Source: Bispira polyomma
Lineage: Eukaryota
Direction: 5' to 3'
Assembly (NCBI GenBank): GCA_965649765.1
Contig: OZ287752.1
Span: 47,182,001 to 47,246,000, forward strand
DNA length: 64,000 bases
Both the position numbers and the translations under genes were made by a program. Positions within the stretch are counted from its first letter, which is position 1. Every line of letters begins with the position of its first letter. Below the pieces are notes generated by a model. That model was not told the DNA's origin. It was given only the letters and a program-made list of their open reading frames with translations, and made no database searches. Below are positions 26,167 through 40,617 of this stretch, piece after piece.

Positions 26167-26273
26167 CTCAGCTTTTAATGACTTCACAGGGAGACTTTGG
26201 AAAAGTGACAATTCAAAGTGATCGCTCCAAAGAATATATCTGTTTCAGCTCCCAGGGAAAACTAACAACACGG
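26167..26273 (+). CDS. FGF8/17/18: FGF8/17/18-like gene, coding exon 4 (AQLLMTSQGDFGKVTIQSDRSKEYICFSSQGKLTTR)
   Basis: Acceptor ttgtaattgcag and donor CGG|GTAAGT; 107 nt, phases 1/0. It has the same length and phases as the FGF8 exon encoding [36 protein letters not shown]. It is absent from the ORF track. Confidence 0.93.
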
Positions 26274-27324
26274 GTAAGTCTACACAGAGTCTACCAATAA
26301 GTCTACACAGAGTCTTCTTGGTATGGTGTACAGACATGGAGTCTTAGTCTGGGATTCCTTCAATCGATCCTAACGTCGGCCGATTTATTAAAATTCTAGC
26401 CAAACTGACATCAGCTGATGTAGGGCTTCCTTACATCCGATATCTACGATGTACAATGGTGTGAGAATTTTTTGGTAATATTAAATAATGGCAGATAAAA
26501 ATATGGTGAAAGGAAGCCTAGGCTAAGGGTTTCCTCTTTTTTGACAACACTGGCCTTTGTAATACCCACATAGGTAAGAAGTAGCTAGATCTAGTGTTCA
26601 TGTATTTACAATACACAGTTCAACAAACCAGTACAGCTGGTACCTTCATGATGGTACCTATCTCAGCTAGCACTGCTGACGGTTCCAGGTCTGTCACCAT
26701 ACACTAACAATTTACTCTGCGATATCTAACACACAGAGAAACAAACCTTGCTTGTCTTTTCTTTGTAAAGTAGCCTAAAATTTCAGTTTGCAATGTAATG
26801 TGTCATCAAGAAAACTATGCAGTGTACTGTAATAGTGTGTGCACCTAATAACAAGTAATTTAGCTTCACACAAGCAACAAAAGAATGTGGTAATAGAACC
26901 AGTTAAGATCCAGTGAATGGCTCTGTCTGGTAGAGTAATAAAACACCATGCTAAATGACATACTTGACTGCAAAGGTTAAGTTACGGAAATGAATGTAAA
27001 ACGATAAACAATTAGAAAATACATGTGGTATATCAAAAGGGTTATTAGCTTTATTTCAATAAATTTATGAAATGCAATAGGTCAAAAGATTGAATTCCAT
27101 TTTTTCGTTTGATCAATAAACTAATCATTATTACGTAAATCTGTTGTTGAAAAAGAAGATTACATGTTGAGATAAAACCTAGATTTGAGATGGCAAGGTT
27201 CAATGGCAAGACCTAACATTGGTTGGTTAGTTTCATGCTTATCTTTTTATTGGCAATCGAAGTTAATGTGCTTTTTCTAAGTGTCTCTCTGTCCTTTAGC
27301 CTATCTGACAATAGTCTTCGCAAG

Positions 27325-27545
27325 CAACCAATGTCAGACCCCAGTAGGACAGCTATCTCTGATATTGCCACCAATAGCTGTGTGTCATACTGGGTTCTGA
27401 GAGTTCATTCCAGGAAACCAATGTTAGACCCCAGTAGGACAGCTATCACTGATATTGCCACCAGTAACTGAGAGTTCGTTCCAGGAAACCAATGTTTGAA
27501 CACAGTATGAGAACTATTTCTGATATTGCCACTATTAACTGAATT
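27325..27545. repeat. Three diverged direct repeats (ccaatgttagaccccagtaggacagctatc.ctgatattgccacc)
   Basis: Copies start near 27328, 27418 and 27489. Confidence 0.75.
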
Positions 27546-30500
27546 CTACCACCTGGTTAATCATTCTGTTGGTTTCCCCATTACAGTATCTGTAATGTGG
27601 AGCTGTTCCCCTTGACGGTGGTCACTTGAGGACCATTTCACAGCTTGTCTCAGCTTAAAGTGATCACAAAAATGAATCGATCATTCACATAACATTTTGT
27701 AATTGTAGAAAAACATGTTATAATGAAAAAAATGTTTGATCTTGCTATCAGCAATCTTTTGCAACAAAAATGTATTCTATTTGTCGAAAGTACAAGTACA
27801 TTGTAACTGTACTAACCTTTATCAAACTTTATCAAACTAATATATCACTTATAATAATGACAAATGCATTGCACTTCAACTTTAAATATATCGACGTATT
27901 TATTTTATTGATAATTATTCTTTTTTTCTGTATGAAACTATGCCTCTTATTTATAAACCCAAAAGTTTAAAGCACATAGCCATGTGTAAGTTTTATTCTA
28001 AGTAATCTATGTTAGACATGAATGTTAATCATATAGACAAGAAGACTTGCTGCTGTGTATGTGGACAATTGGAGCTAATGAGCCCAGTATTTGATAATAA
28101 ACAAGGCAGTGTTTGTTACCGGTCAATTAGCTTTACACAATGTAGCCATCTTAAGGGTTTGTGTGAAAGTATGGTGGGATTCTTATGAGAGGAGATCTCA
28201 ATACTTCCTGTCAGAAGAGAGGTACAGGGAGAGGAAGATGAGAATGGAGGCTTTTAGTTAGACTAGAAGGCTTCTACTGTTCCATACTGTAAGTGGGCGT
28301 CTTTATGGAGAGGAATGTGTCCAGGGTTTTATCAACTGAAGAATGCATACAATCTGACAGAAGGGTATAGAACTGGCTTTGTGTGTGTATATAGTTGTTG
28401 GCTCTGTGTAGTGATTAGGAATCGTGATTAGTGATTGAAAGACTGTAAGCAATAGCAATTCACAGCAAAACTGGAGTTAAATTGGCAATGCCTCTGCAAT
28501 TTTATATACACTCTGTTGAGGTAGCGAGCTAGTTGAGTGGTACTTTAACAAAACTACCCACCAAACAAGGTGTCTGGCTGGTAACTTTTCTTTCACAATC
28601 AGAGCAGTAATTGTTTGTCTAAGAAAGATATTAACACAAGACCCCTAGGCTATGACACCTCGAAGGTCAGAGCATACACTTGATGTGAACACTGTGGTCT
28701 GAATGGAATTTGTAATGCTTTGAGTTTAATTGTGAGGCCGGGTCACATAGCCTGGGAGGTAGTCTTGGTGCTGTTACTCTCTTCTAATGTCAGCTTAAAA
28801 CAAGAAAATAGAAACATCCTAATGACATCCTACTGCCATTATGTGAAATCTGTCATCATATTGTGAAATAGATACTTGCTATTTGATAGGTTTTAATCTA
28901 CTTATAAGGTCAGCACAGTGCTTTGTGCGGGTTTGGTGACAATTCAGCCACTGGCAAAATATCAGGCTTAAGGTCCTTGTAGAAATCATTGAGAAGTACT
29001 AGTCCAGCAGATTAACTCGACAGATTGGACGATTTAAGTGTGGTATTTTATGCAAATACATAGTACGTACATATGCATATAATAATCCACACAACAACAC
29101 AAAATTAAAAAGACTGTTTATGCATTGCAGCATATGTTTGAATAAATACATATTTTATAAAATAGTATTCTTTTAAGATCTATACAGACGTCTTCAATCC
29201 CTTCATTGGTTACCAATTTTAAAAAGGATAATTTCCAAAACCTTCTTTTTGTGCCTTGCACTGAAGGGAGACTCGCCTTAGTACCTAGTGGACCTAGTCC
29301 CTCCTCTCAAGACACCTTCTCATGTCACATGTTCCTATGTTTCACATCAGTTTATTGAAGCTAAAACATTTTTAAAAGTTAGAGAAAAAAGTGTTTAGCA
29401 TGCTGTACCTAATATTTGGAATAGGCTCCTATTCAGTTTCCGAAACATGGAATCCCTCAACAGTTTTAAAGCAGGACTAATGACCTTCTTGTTCACAGAC
29501 TCTCCTTATTTTTTTGGTTTATTTTATCTCTTTCTATTGTGACAGAGTTGTGATAAAAGAGATACATTCCATAATAAAAGGGCCATGTTTTAATATTGGT
29601 AGTACAGTGGTCAGAGGTGGTGACCTTCTAATACCCAGAGTTCGCTTGTTATCGGTAGTGTGTGTGCAAACTGTGCGCACAATACATTGAGCTTTAAATT
29701 AGACTATACTATGGATGGGTTTTTTAAATATATGGTTCTCAAAACCCTGTCTAGTGTACTTTAATCTACTTGTAAAACCAACTTAGCCTTTTTCTGGAGA
29801 ATTTCACTAATCTCTTTAGTAGATCATACATGCAGAAAGATGACACCAGTGTGAATTGTTCCACATTAATTACAAAGACGACAAACCCGATTATTCTGCC
29901 AATTTTACTCCAATCCTTACCTGAGGCCAAGTTTTCTGTTTGAAATACAATGCTCTGGTTTTGGTGAATTGGTATATCTAACTTAAGTACTTTGTGACAA
30001 CTATCAATAGTAGTCTTTATTTGGGGACACAGATCAACTGAAAAGAGGTGTTGCTGTAATGTTGGAGATGAAAGCTTGTTGTAGGTAAGAGTGTCCCCTC
30101 CTCCCCCTTTGGATAGGGGGGCAGACTACTGGCGCCCCTCCCAAACCAACACCTAACTTCCACTCTCTACACGGACCACTGCACCTGTTTGGAGAACACT
30201 TTATACATGCTAATTGAGCATTACACATCATCTCCACACAGGCTTTTGTGGGGTCTGAACCTTTGATGACTTCATTTAAAGCTCTAGAAGACTTAACTAA
30301 ATGTATTAAACATACAACTCTGACCTGCGTATTAAGAATGAATAGAAAACTAGTAGACACAGAAACACGACTCTATCTGTAGTGGCAATGCTCCAGCTCA
30401 CATCAAACCCAACAGGCTTTGTGTCACTGAAATAGGGATTAATTCACCATATTGTAATATCTATTTAACGACACCACTCTAATAGTGTCTCTGTGTGTCT

Positions 30501-31339
30501 AGGAGAAGTAACTTAAGTACAATGCTTACAAATTCAGAATCGGTAATTAGCGAGGGAACCCAGAAGTTATAACTTTAAAACTTTAACACTGTCTCACAAC
30601 TTCAATAGATTCTTTTGGCTAGGGTGGCTCAGGGTGACTCTGATTGAAGTAATATTCACCATTATTCCGTTCGAGTAGTTGGACCTCGAGTTGTCTGAAT
30701 TACCGCAGCTCATAGTAAATGATGACTGTGTTTTTGTATCTTGACATCATTTAGTACCTTGTCTAGCTGTCAGACTACTTCACACAGTGCTGACGTCATC
30801 CTCTATATGTATAAAACTGTGAGGAAATTACCAGCTCATGCTGTCGATTCCCTCCAGGGATCCATGCCTTCAGACACAATCTTCCACTACCACTCTTTTA
30901 TAGCCTATTATTTGTTAGGATTAGATGTGAAACAACAGTTACTGGATACAAGCTGAAAGCTACAGACAAGGGCTGATTTGAATGTAGTTTATTTCAAACC
31001 AGACGACAGTTTCACTGTTTTGGCGCCAAAATGGCACCACAAATTGCACAACAAATGACAGATCAAACGAAAGATATAGTTTTGTTTCTCTGGGGATTTG
31101 GCTAGCTACCTCCACATTACAGTTAGATGTACTTAAATCATATTGTTGAATACAACTCTGTTAAAATTCAGTTTTAAGAGATCAGTGCATTAGTGACGTA
31201 TAAATAGACCACATGTCCAGTATGGCACTCCCGTCATTTACTTTGTTATTTCATATTAAATTAACACTTTTAAAGAAAAGGTCACAAAAACAAAATAAGA
31301 TTTGCTTCTGCTACAATAAACACATAATGTGTCAGTGGT

Positions 31340-32380
31340 CGGTGATCTGTAAGGTCAGTGATATGTCAGATATATGAGGTCAGTAATATGTCAGATGTGT
31401 AAGGTCAGTGATATGTCAGATGGGTAAGGTCAGTGATATGTCAGATGTGTAAGGTCAGTGATTTGTCTGATGTGTCAGATCGGTGATATGTCAGATCAGT
31501 GATATGCCAGATGTGTCAAATCAGTGATATGCCAGATCAGTGATATGTCAGATAGGGGAGGTCGGATGTGTAAAGTCAGTGATATGTCAGATGTGTAAGG
31601 TCAGTGATATGTCTAATGTGTGAGATCAGTGATATGTCAGATCAGTGATATGCCAGATCAGTGATATGTCAGATAGGGGAGATCAGATGTGTAAAGTCAG
31701 TGATATGTCAGATGTGTAAGGTCAGTGATATGTCTAATGTGTGAGATCAGTGATATGTCAGATTGGGGAGGTCAGTGATATGTCAGATAGGGGAGGTCAG
31801 TGATATGTCAGATAGGTAAGGGCAGTGATATGTCAGATGGGTAAGGTCAATGATATGTCTAATGTGTGAGATCAGTCATATGTCAGGTGTGTGAGGTCAG
31901 TGATATGTCAGATGTGTAAGCTCAATGATATGTCCGATGTGTGAGGTCAGTGATATGTTAGATGGGTGAGGTCAGTAATATGTCAGATGGGTGAGGTCAG
32001 TGATATGTCAGGTGTGTGAGGTCAGTGAAATGTCAGATGGGTGAGGCGAATGATATGTTAGATGGGTGAAGTCAGTGATATGTTAGATGGGTGAGGTCAG
32101 TGATTTGTCAGATATCTGAGGGTAGTGATGAATGAAGTCAGTGATGAGTTAGCTCAGTGATGTGTCACGTGTTATTTCAGAAGTGTAAGATCAGTGATGT
32201 ATATTGATGCCAGTAATGTATCAGGTTAGTGGTATGTATTGATGTCAGTAATGTATCAAGTTACTAATGTGTATTCATGTCAGTAATGTATCAGGTTACT
32301 GGTGTGTATTGATGTCAGTAATATATCAGGTCAGTGATGTGCTGATGTCAGTAGTGTATCAGGTCAGTTATGTGTCAATG
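31340..32380. repeat. Degenerate minisatellite, about 25-bp unit (aaggtcagtgatatgtcagatgtgt), grading into an about 35-bp variant
   Basis: Period 25 at 31401 and 31426. The core gtcagtgatatgtcagat recurs throughout. Confidence 0.9.
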
Positions 32381-34724
32381 TAGTGTTGTCTTATGGTGAC
32401 AAAACAAGAAAGGCCTCACCTTTTACAAAATGATTTTAACCTTGTTTTTGCACTAGATATTGTCCAACTTTCTGTATTGTTTTATTAATTTGAGTTCTTT
32501 GGACTGTGAGAGGAGATAAGAAACTGTTTTGCAGACACTTTCTTTGATCTTTCTCTTTAAATAAAGCACAGTGATATTTGTAAAGTTGTTAATTTTAATA
32601 TCTTGATAGGATGAAGTAGTGTAAGTGATAGACTGGCCATGTGTTGACAGGAGAGCCATTTAACTGTCCAGAAAATTTACTTTTTGAGTAGGGAATCAAG
32701 TTTTTTGCAAATAACATCTATGATATATGATCAGTTAGTCATTTGGTAATATAAATGAACGTTTTTAAGGTTGTTGGATGTTGTTGACAAATTATGAAAA
32801 TAATTGTTAATGTAAACTACCTACTACACACTGTTTAATTGGAGTGAAATAGCAGTGTTTTTATTTGTGCTTGATGTTTTGATTAATATTATAGTGCATG
32901 TTTTACTTGAACTAATAACTGGCAATTAAACATGTGGCACTTACTTGCTGAAAGGAAGACGTTAATTACCTGCATGTGGTAAAGCTGACTAGTTAGGTCA
33001 GTTTGTATATGGGGAGAGTTTCATGCAGGGGTAGTTTAGGACAGACCAGCAGAGAGTCCCCCTCTAGTGTATGACAGTGTACTAATGAAGTGCTAACACA
33101 TACAAACACTCACAAAGGACACCAGCTTCTACTTAATACAGACCAGTGTGCAGTGTTTGCGTGTTGAGTGTGTTGATTTCAGAAGTCGGTGTTAATGATG
33201 TTTGAGCACAGTTGGACGGTGTCTCATTAGTGATGCTGTGCATGCAGACATAGAGTGCTGTGATGCGTGCCCTGAGATCGGGCTATGTCACACTGTCTGA
33301 CCCCATGTGGTCACTACACACATATATAGGTCTCTGGTCACTGAGGTCACGGCCTGACATCGACAACTCCACTACCTAATGACCATTTGTTGTGTGACTC
33401 ATTACCAATCTCACCAGATTGATGTCCTATTGATAAATAGTTCGTACAGCAGCATGCCTTAATAGGCTGTAGTGGCGAGACACCACCTTGCTGTATGCTA
33501 TACACGCCAAACACCGCCTGTATGACGTGTATCCCCCACAAACCCCCACACCTCACACACACCACTCACCAGGCCTATTTGGGGCATTATTGGACCCACA
33601 ACTTCCCCCTTCTAAAGAGGCAAAGTGCTACAATTGAACCTGGTGAGACAAAAAGTGTAAAGGCCATTTAGTGGGGAGTAAAGTGAACAGATGTATAGTC
33701 TGTTTAATCTCAACTCTGACTCACAATGCTAGCTTTGTCCAGAACACGGTGGGGGCGGGGGCTGACATAACACAGAGCTTAATTTAGATAGGACACCCCA
33801 CTCAGGCACCAGATTACACCTCAAACACACAGCCCACGCTGTACATAAGTTGTACATCTCCCAGTCAAAAAGCTGGATGAAATTAACCATCTCACCGAAT
33901 TACAATGTCATCTCAAAACGCCCCCAACACATCACTATTCATGATATTGTATAATAACTTGCGCCAATACATAAAGGGCCACAGAACCAGAGGATGCCAG
34001 CCACAGATAAGTGTGAACAATAACGGCCTTGTGATGGAAAACTGTGTGGGCATAAAACAGAAAACATCTCCCCCTGATTCTATGATTGGGGTTAAAGTGA
34101 CCAAACTAGCGTTTGAATTGATATAACTTCACCCCATGCAACAATGTCCAGCTTGTTGTACTCAGTCGTGGTTGACCTTGATCTAATGTCCTACAACCTG
34201 CAGTTGTAGAGGTCACATTGTGCTTGTGCAGCTGCGTTTTTGTTAGATATGTAGCCAGAAAAGGGGCCTTTGTTTTCAAGGCAGCTATAAGACACCATAG
34301 TTTAGAGTCTGTGACCACGTCACCATAAAGTCAGGACTAAAATTCATCAGATAATAATATGTAATTGCTTTATTTCAGCTTTACGATGCTTACCTCTCTT
34401 CTAAATTCTGTCCTCAAATCAGGCCTGACAGAGTGACATATAATCAGATCTCTGTCACGTGGGCAGCCTTTTTAGGTTTTCTAGCTGAGTAGTTTGGTAA
34501 ACAACTGATTACATAACTCTGTAAACTTGGTCTCGGTGCCTGATAGAGCCCAGTGGTAATATCCACACTGATTATGTCTATTTTAGTCCTTCCTTTGATG
34601 TCACGCTTATTTAACCATATTGAATAGTGCAGCATGCTCTACTTTGTTATACTAACTACAATGTGCATATATATTGTGTAGGGTGACTAGTCAGTGAGGC
34701 TGAGACCCAGTCACTCTTGATATT

Positions 34725-35855
34725 GTGTCCATGTCACACTGTCTCTCAAAGTCCTTATCTTATCCCATGTCACACTGTCCCTCAATGTCCCTATCTTATC
34801 CCGTCATACTGGTAACTCTGTCCGTCCATGTCCCTATCTTATCCCATGCCATACTTGTAACCCTCTCCCTTAATGTCCCTATCTTATCCCATGTCATACT
34901 GGTAACTCTGTTCCTAAATGTTCTTATCTTATCCCATGTCATACTGGTAATTCTGTCCCCCAATGTCCATATCTTATCCCGTCATACAGGTAACTCTGTC
35001 CCTCAATGTCCCTATCTTATCCCATGTCATACTGTCTCGCAATGTCCTTATCTTATCCCATGTCATACTGGTAACTTCTGTCCCTCAATGTCCCTATCTT
35101 ATCCCGTCATACTGGTAACTCTGTCCCTCAATGTCCCTATCTTATCCCATGTCATACTGGTAACTTCTGTCCCTCAATGTCCCTATCTTATCCCGTCATA
35201 CTGGTAACTCTGTCCCTCCATGTCCCTATCTTATCCCATGTCATACTGGTAACTTCTGTCCCTCAATGTCCCTATCTTATCCCGTCATACTGGTAACTCT
35301 GTCCCTCCATGTCCCTATCTTATCCCGTCATACTGGTAACTCTGTCCCTCCATGTCCCTATCTTATCCCATGTCATACTGGTAACTTCTGTCCCTCAATG
35401 TCCCTATCTTATCCCGTCATACTGGTAACTCTGTCCCTCCATGTCCCTATCTTATCCCATGTCATACTGGTAACTTCTGTCCCTCAATGTCCCTATCTTA
35501 TCCCATGTCATATTGGTACCTTCTGTCCCTCAATGTCCCTATCTTATCCCATGTCATACTGGTTACATTGTCCCTTAATATCCCTATCTTATCCCATGCC
35601 ATACTGGTAACCCTCTCCCCCAATGTCCCTATCTTATCCCATATCATACTGGTAACTCTGTTCCTCCATGTCCCTATCTTATCCCATGTCATACTGTCTC
35701 TCAATCTCCCTATCTTATCCCATGTCATACTGTCTCTCAATGTCCCTATCTTATCCCGTGTCATACTGTCTCTCAATGTCCCTATGTTATCCCATGTCAT
35801 ACTGTCTCTTAATGTCCCTATATTATCCCATGCCATACTGGTAACCCTCTCCCTC
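34725..35855. repeat. Minisatellite, 43-46-bp unit with 36-bp deletion variants
   Basis: Core gtccctcaatgtccctatcttatcccatgtcatactggtaactct. It explains the repetitive ORFs at 34725-35903. Confidence 0.93.
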
Positions 35856-38379
35856 ACATACACTCTCACACAGGCTGTGCGGAGGGTCTCTCAGTCCACT
35901 TAAAGCTCCAATAGATTGAGCTATCTAGCGATGATCTGAACAAATCTGTGCACACATTCTCATTTGCCAAGTGCGAAAGCCGACGGTGATATATGACCGC
36001 GTCTCTTTGATATGTTTTAAAACGCCTGGGGAGATCTAGGTTTGCTATAATCTTTACTCTTGGAACCTTGTTGTTGTAAAACACCGATTAGAAAAAGCTC
36101 CTTTCCAATTTTAAAAGAATCAAACGTGAGGATGTGGCCTCCAAAAGCGTGAGGAGCCTGGTTAGTGGTTTGAAGAGCCTGATGAGAATTAAGGTATTTA
36201 TTGGATAGAGATCTGGTATGATGTCTGACAATTAGGTGACATCCCCCCTGGGTAGGGTATAGCCATATAGCCACCAATAGCTACACCTACTGGAGAGAGA
36301 CTATTGAGATAGTCATTTACTATGTAAACTCATGGCTGACTACTTACTTCTCAACACAATGAGACTACATTAAATAGCTGTTGTGCTAAAAATCTGGCTT
36401 TTTGAACTCAATTAATGCAAAGATAATTTAATAAAGAACTTTAGATTGCACATTTTCATCAAATAGTCGTTCCTCAAATACACCATTTTATTGGCCAAAA
36501 TGATTGCACTGTTTGAGTGAAAGTTCATAAAAACACCCTCTGTGACAGGATACATACAAATGACTGGTGCATATTTAAAATACCTCAGAAGACATTCATT
36601 CCCAGTTTTTATATGCAGTCACTTTATAGAAGTGCAAAAGGTGACTTTAAATTTATTTTAAATAAAGTATTAAGGCCATAATTTAGAGTGACTCTGTAAC
36701 TTGTCACTCTGTGAACCGTGATGTGCATTTTAGAGCCCCATTATACAGAGGGGCTGCCTGCACTGGGTAGAAGGTAGAATGATGTGATGTCCTTTAGTGT
36801 GACAACCACTCGAAACATGGCACAGAATTTATCAGCTTGCTATTGTGTGGCAGTCCATATACTGGTGTAAGGTTGTCCGGCTCTAAATCTCCAGTGGGCC
36901 TTCACCTGTGTAAACTTTCAACTAGAAGCACTCAGCTGTTTACCACATGTTGTTAATTGTATGTCCAGAGTGCTAATCACTGACTAGTACCTCTACACAG
37001 CAAAATCCTCTGATAATTCAAATATTAAAACTATGGAATAAATTATACTGTAATATATATAAAATATATACATATAAATGGAGTTGTTTAGAAAGATAAG
37101 TTTCACTTTAGACGAAAAATAAATAAATAATAGGTTATATTTGGCCCATTTTATAGATATTATATTTGAATGATATTGGACCCAATTTACGTTTTCATAA
37201 CACAACTTAATGTAGTATAGATTTTGTACTATATTTTCCCTATGTTCCCTTTGTTGATGTTGGAGTACAAAAAGTATAAGTTTAAGAGGAACACAAATAT
37301 AGCCAACTTATCCTGAACTGCTGTCAAAGAACTTCAGGTAAGTGTGTAAAGTATTTCCTGGCAGTTTATCTGTGGAGTCTCAGTTTACCTTACAAGGAGT
37401 GCTTCCAGCCGGGATATACATACTAGGGCAAGACGGGGCCTTTGACAAGGTGTGCCAACTATCTGCGGCCACTGAGTCTAATTAAATGGTTTCTGTATTT
37501 ATATCAAGACTTTCAATGGTTATGTGTAACCCGATACCTGCTTCAATCTTGATTTGAATACTACTTCTGTTCAATACAACGGGTGCTTACAGATGATTGA
37601 TTGTAAGCTTGCAGTTTGTAGTCATTCCTGACTGACAGCCCAGTGAATGTAGTCTGTCTCAGATATTGAGAGATTCACAGTAACTGTGTTATTCAGGTAG
37701 AACAGCACCAATCCATGTATACAGGCAACCATGTATTCTCTCATTCAGTGAAATCCATAAAAAACCATTAAATGAGATCCTCTTCTAGAGAGGAATAATA
37801 CAGCATCTACATAAGTGACGGTCTTTGCAAGAAGCTTTTATTAATGTCTTTTTAGGCGATGAATTTTTCATTGTGATGCAACTTGATCTGTCCCATACAT
37901 CAAACAGTAGATAAGGTGCCCCTGACAGGGCCAGGATTTATGTGGGGAGATGTTTGTGCTGCTGTCCCCCTTGTCACCACTAGAGATGGGTTTTTTCTCT
38001 CTGTTAGCTGAGACCTGTGATAAACTGGTACTGACTTACTCCACCGCTTCTAGCGTGAACTGATCACTATCTTTTGTAGTACACTGGCCGCCACAACCTG
38101 TGCCCCACCTCGGGTGTAATACACAGCCCCACAACGTGTAGGGAACCTCTTCTTACGTGTATTAAGTGTATTATAAATTGCCCCTCAAGACAAGTGTCAA
38201 GAATACAAATTTCTCAGAATATTTGACACCATACACCACTAATAAATGTCAGTGGTTTATCAGGCTGGCATTGCAGAAAATATACTCTCAATAACGATTA
38301 AGCTTATTGTTTAGGTCATTAAATTATAAAATTACACGTCTTACATTTGGTAGCAAAACATGTCCACCTAAAGCAAGCC

Positions 38380-39425
38380 ATACATTCACCATGTATAAGG
38401 GCTGCCCATGTAATATGTGCATTCACCATGTCTACGGAATGTCAATGTAACATGTGCATTCACTAGTATACAGACTGTCAAAGTAACATGTGCATTCACC
38501 AAGTATACAGACTGTCAATGTAACATGTGCATTCACCATGTACACAGACTGTCAATGTAACATGTGCATTCACCATGTATACGGACTGCCAATGTATACA
38601 GACTGCTAATGTAACATGTGCATTCACCATGTATACAGACTTTAAAAGTAACTTGTGCATTCACCATGTATACAAACTGTCAATGTAACATGTGCATTCA
38701 CCATGTATACAGACTGTCAATGTAACATGTGCATTCACCATGTATACAGACTGCCGATGTAACATGTGCATTCACCATGTATACAGACTGTCAAAGTAAC
38801 ATGTGCATTCACCATGTATACGGACTGTCCATGTAACATGTGCATTCACCATGTATACAGACTGCCTGGATCAATATTGTTAAAGGTAGCACATGCATTC
38901 ACCATGTATATGAACTGCCTGGTTCTATACTGTTAAATGTAACACGTCCATTCACCATGTATAAGGACTGTCAATGTAACATGTGCATTCACCATGTATA
39001 ATGACTGCCTGTATCTATACGGTTAAATGTAACACATGCATTCACAATGTACACGGGCTGTCAATGTCACACATGTATTCAGCATTAATACGGACTGTCT
39101 GGATCTATACTGTTAATTGTAACACATGCATTCACCATGTATATGAACTGCCTGTATCTATAGGTTAAATGTAACACATGCATTCACAATGTACACGTGC
39201 TGTCAATGTCACACATGTATTCAGCATTAATACGGACTGCCTGGATCTATACTGTTAATTGTAACACATGCATTCACCATGTATACGGACTGCCTGGATC
39301 TATACTGTTAATTGTAACACATGCATTCACCATGTATATGGACTGCCTGGATCTATACTGTTAAATCTGGCACATGTATTTACCATGTATACAGGCTGCC
39401 TGAATCTACAATGTTAAATGTAACA
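38380..39425. repeat. Minisatellite, 37-bp unit (gtaacatgtgcattcaccatgtatacagactgtcaat) changing to a longer about 52-bp unit
   Basis: Visible tandem periodicity. The 3' units carry an extra gcctggatctatactgttaa segment. Confidence 0.92.
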
Positions 39426-40617
39426 AGCTACTAAGAAAATACTACGCCGTTCTAATGATAGGATGTGAAATCCCCAGTTGAGAAATTCAAGACCCCATTA
39501 GGTCACAAATATACTCTCCCCCAGCTATTCATAGGTAATTACAGGTAGGAATCCACTCTAAACTGGCTTCTATTCAGCCTTGTAAGTTCTGCCATTGGAT
39601 AGGTTATCATTGAATCAGTGACAAGAAAAAGGCAGAAACATTTTAAGTAGAATGTGTAACTGAAGAAGGCTTGAGTAGGAAATTAACTGGGAGGGGGTCC
39701 CATAAATAGACATTGTTGACTTTCTGAAAGGATTAACCCACAACAGTACACCCCTTGTGGCCATCTTTATAAGGGAACTCTTTTTGTACACCTCCTATAT
39801 CAATACGCTAAATGTTCTCATGTTATTGTACAGCAATTTGAGATGTTGATTCTTCCTCAATGTTTTAAATGTGTAAGTGGAACTTTAAAGTAGTTATTTT
39901 ATTTTATAAACACTCAGATAATAGCAGTTGGGGATATCACATATTTAGTTAAGCACTGTCTGGGGTTTTTTGAAGAGGCGATGTGAACTAACCCTGTGAC
40001 CTTTGCATTCAATAGTAGACGTGTTTGATGTTCTATATTAATATAGTGTAATTACTGTCACATATTTAATACCATGAAAAGAGGCTGACCCCAATGTTAA
40101 AATAATATGGCTAAACTTTAGAAATTTTGTAATAAAGTAGAATAATCTATGGCTGTGTGAGGTAGATAATAGGAACCTGCAGTTGTTACCTGACTCAGTG
40201 GTCATGACCTCAAGGGGTTGTCAACCTAAATCAGGAAGTGTGTAAACCACTTTTTACAGATATATAGACCTCCTACATTAAGTCTTTGAAATGGCTTTAA
40301 AATGTAAAGACTGTAACTCTACTCTGGCATTCTAGTATGAGATGTCCTAACCATGTATTTGCTGGAACTGAGTTCTACCAAAACATGATAGGTAGACATT
40401 GTGTATTGCTCTTAGATATCTCTATTCGAATTACATTACCTAAGTAAGGAGATTTCTCAGAACATGGAAAATGCATTATATCTTTTATTTTGGTATATGA
40501 GTGGAATCCCTGTAAAAAACTGAATTGAATTTCATATAACATTTCTTTATGATACCTTGAAAACAGATATTCCTTAATTAAAGTAATATTAATACGATAC
40601 TTTGCCTGTATTTTCAG

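Noticed and set aside
34725-35903. Repetitive hydrophobic ORFs (also 23861-24634, 47522-47989, 61697-61987)
   Set aside because: They are translations of tandem arrays with no independent coding evidence.
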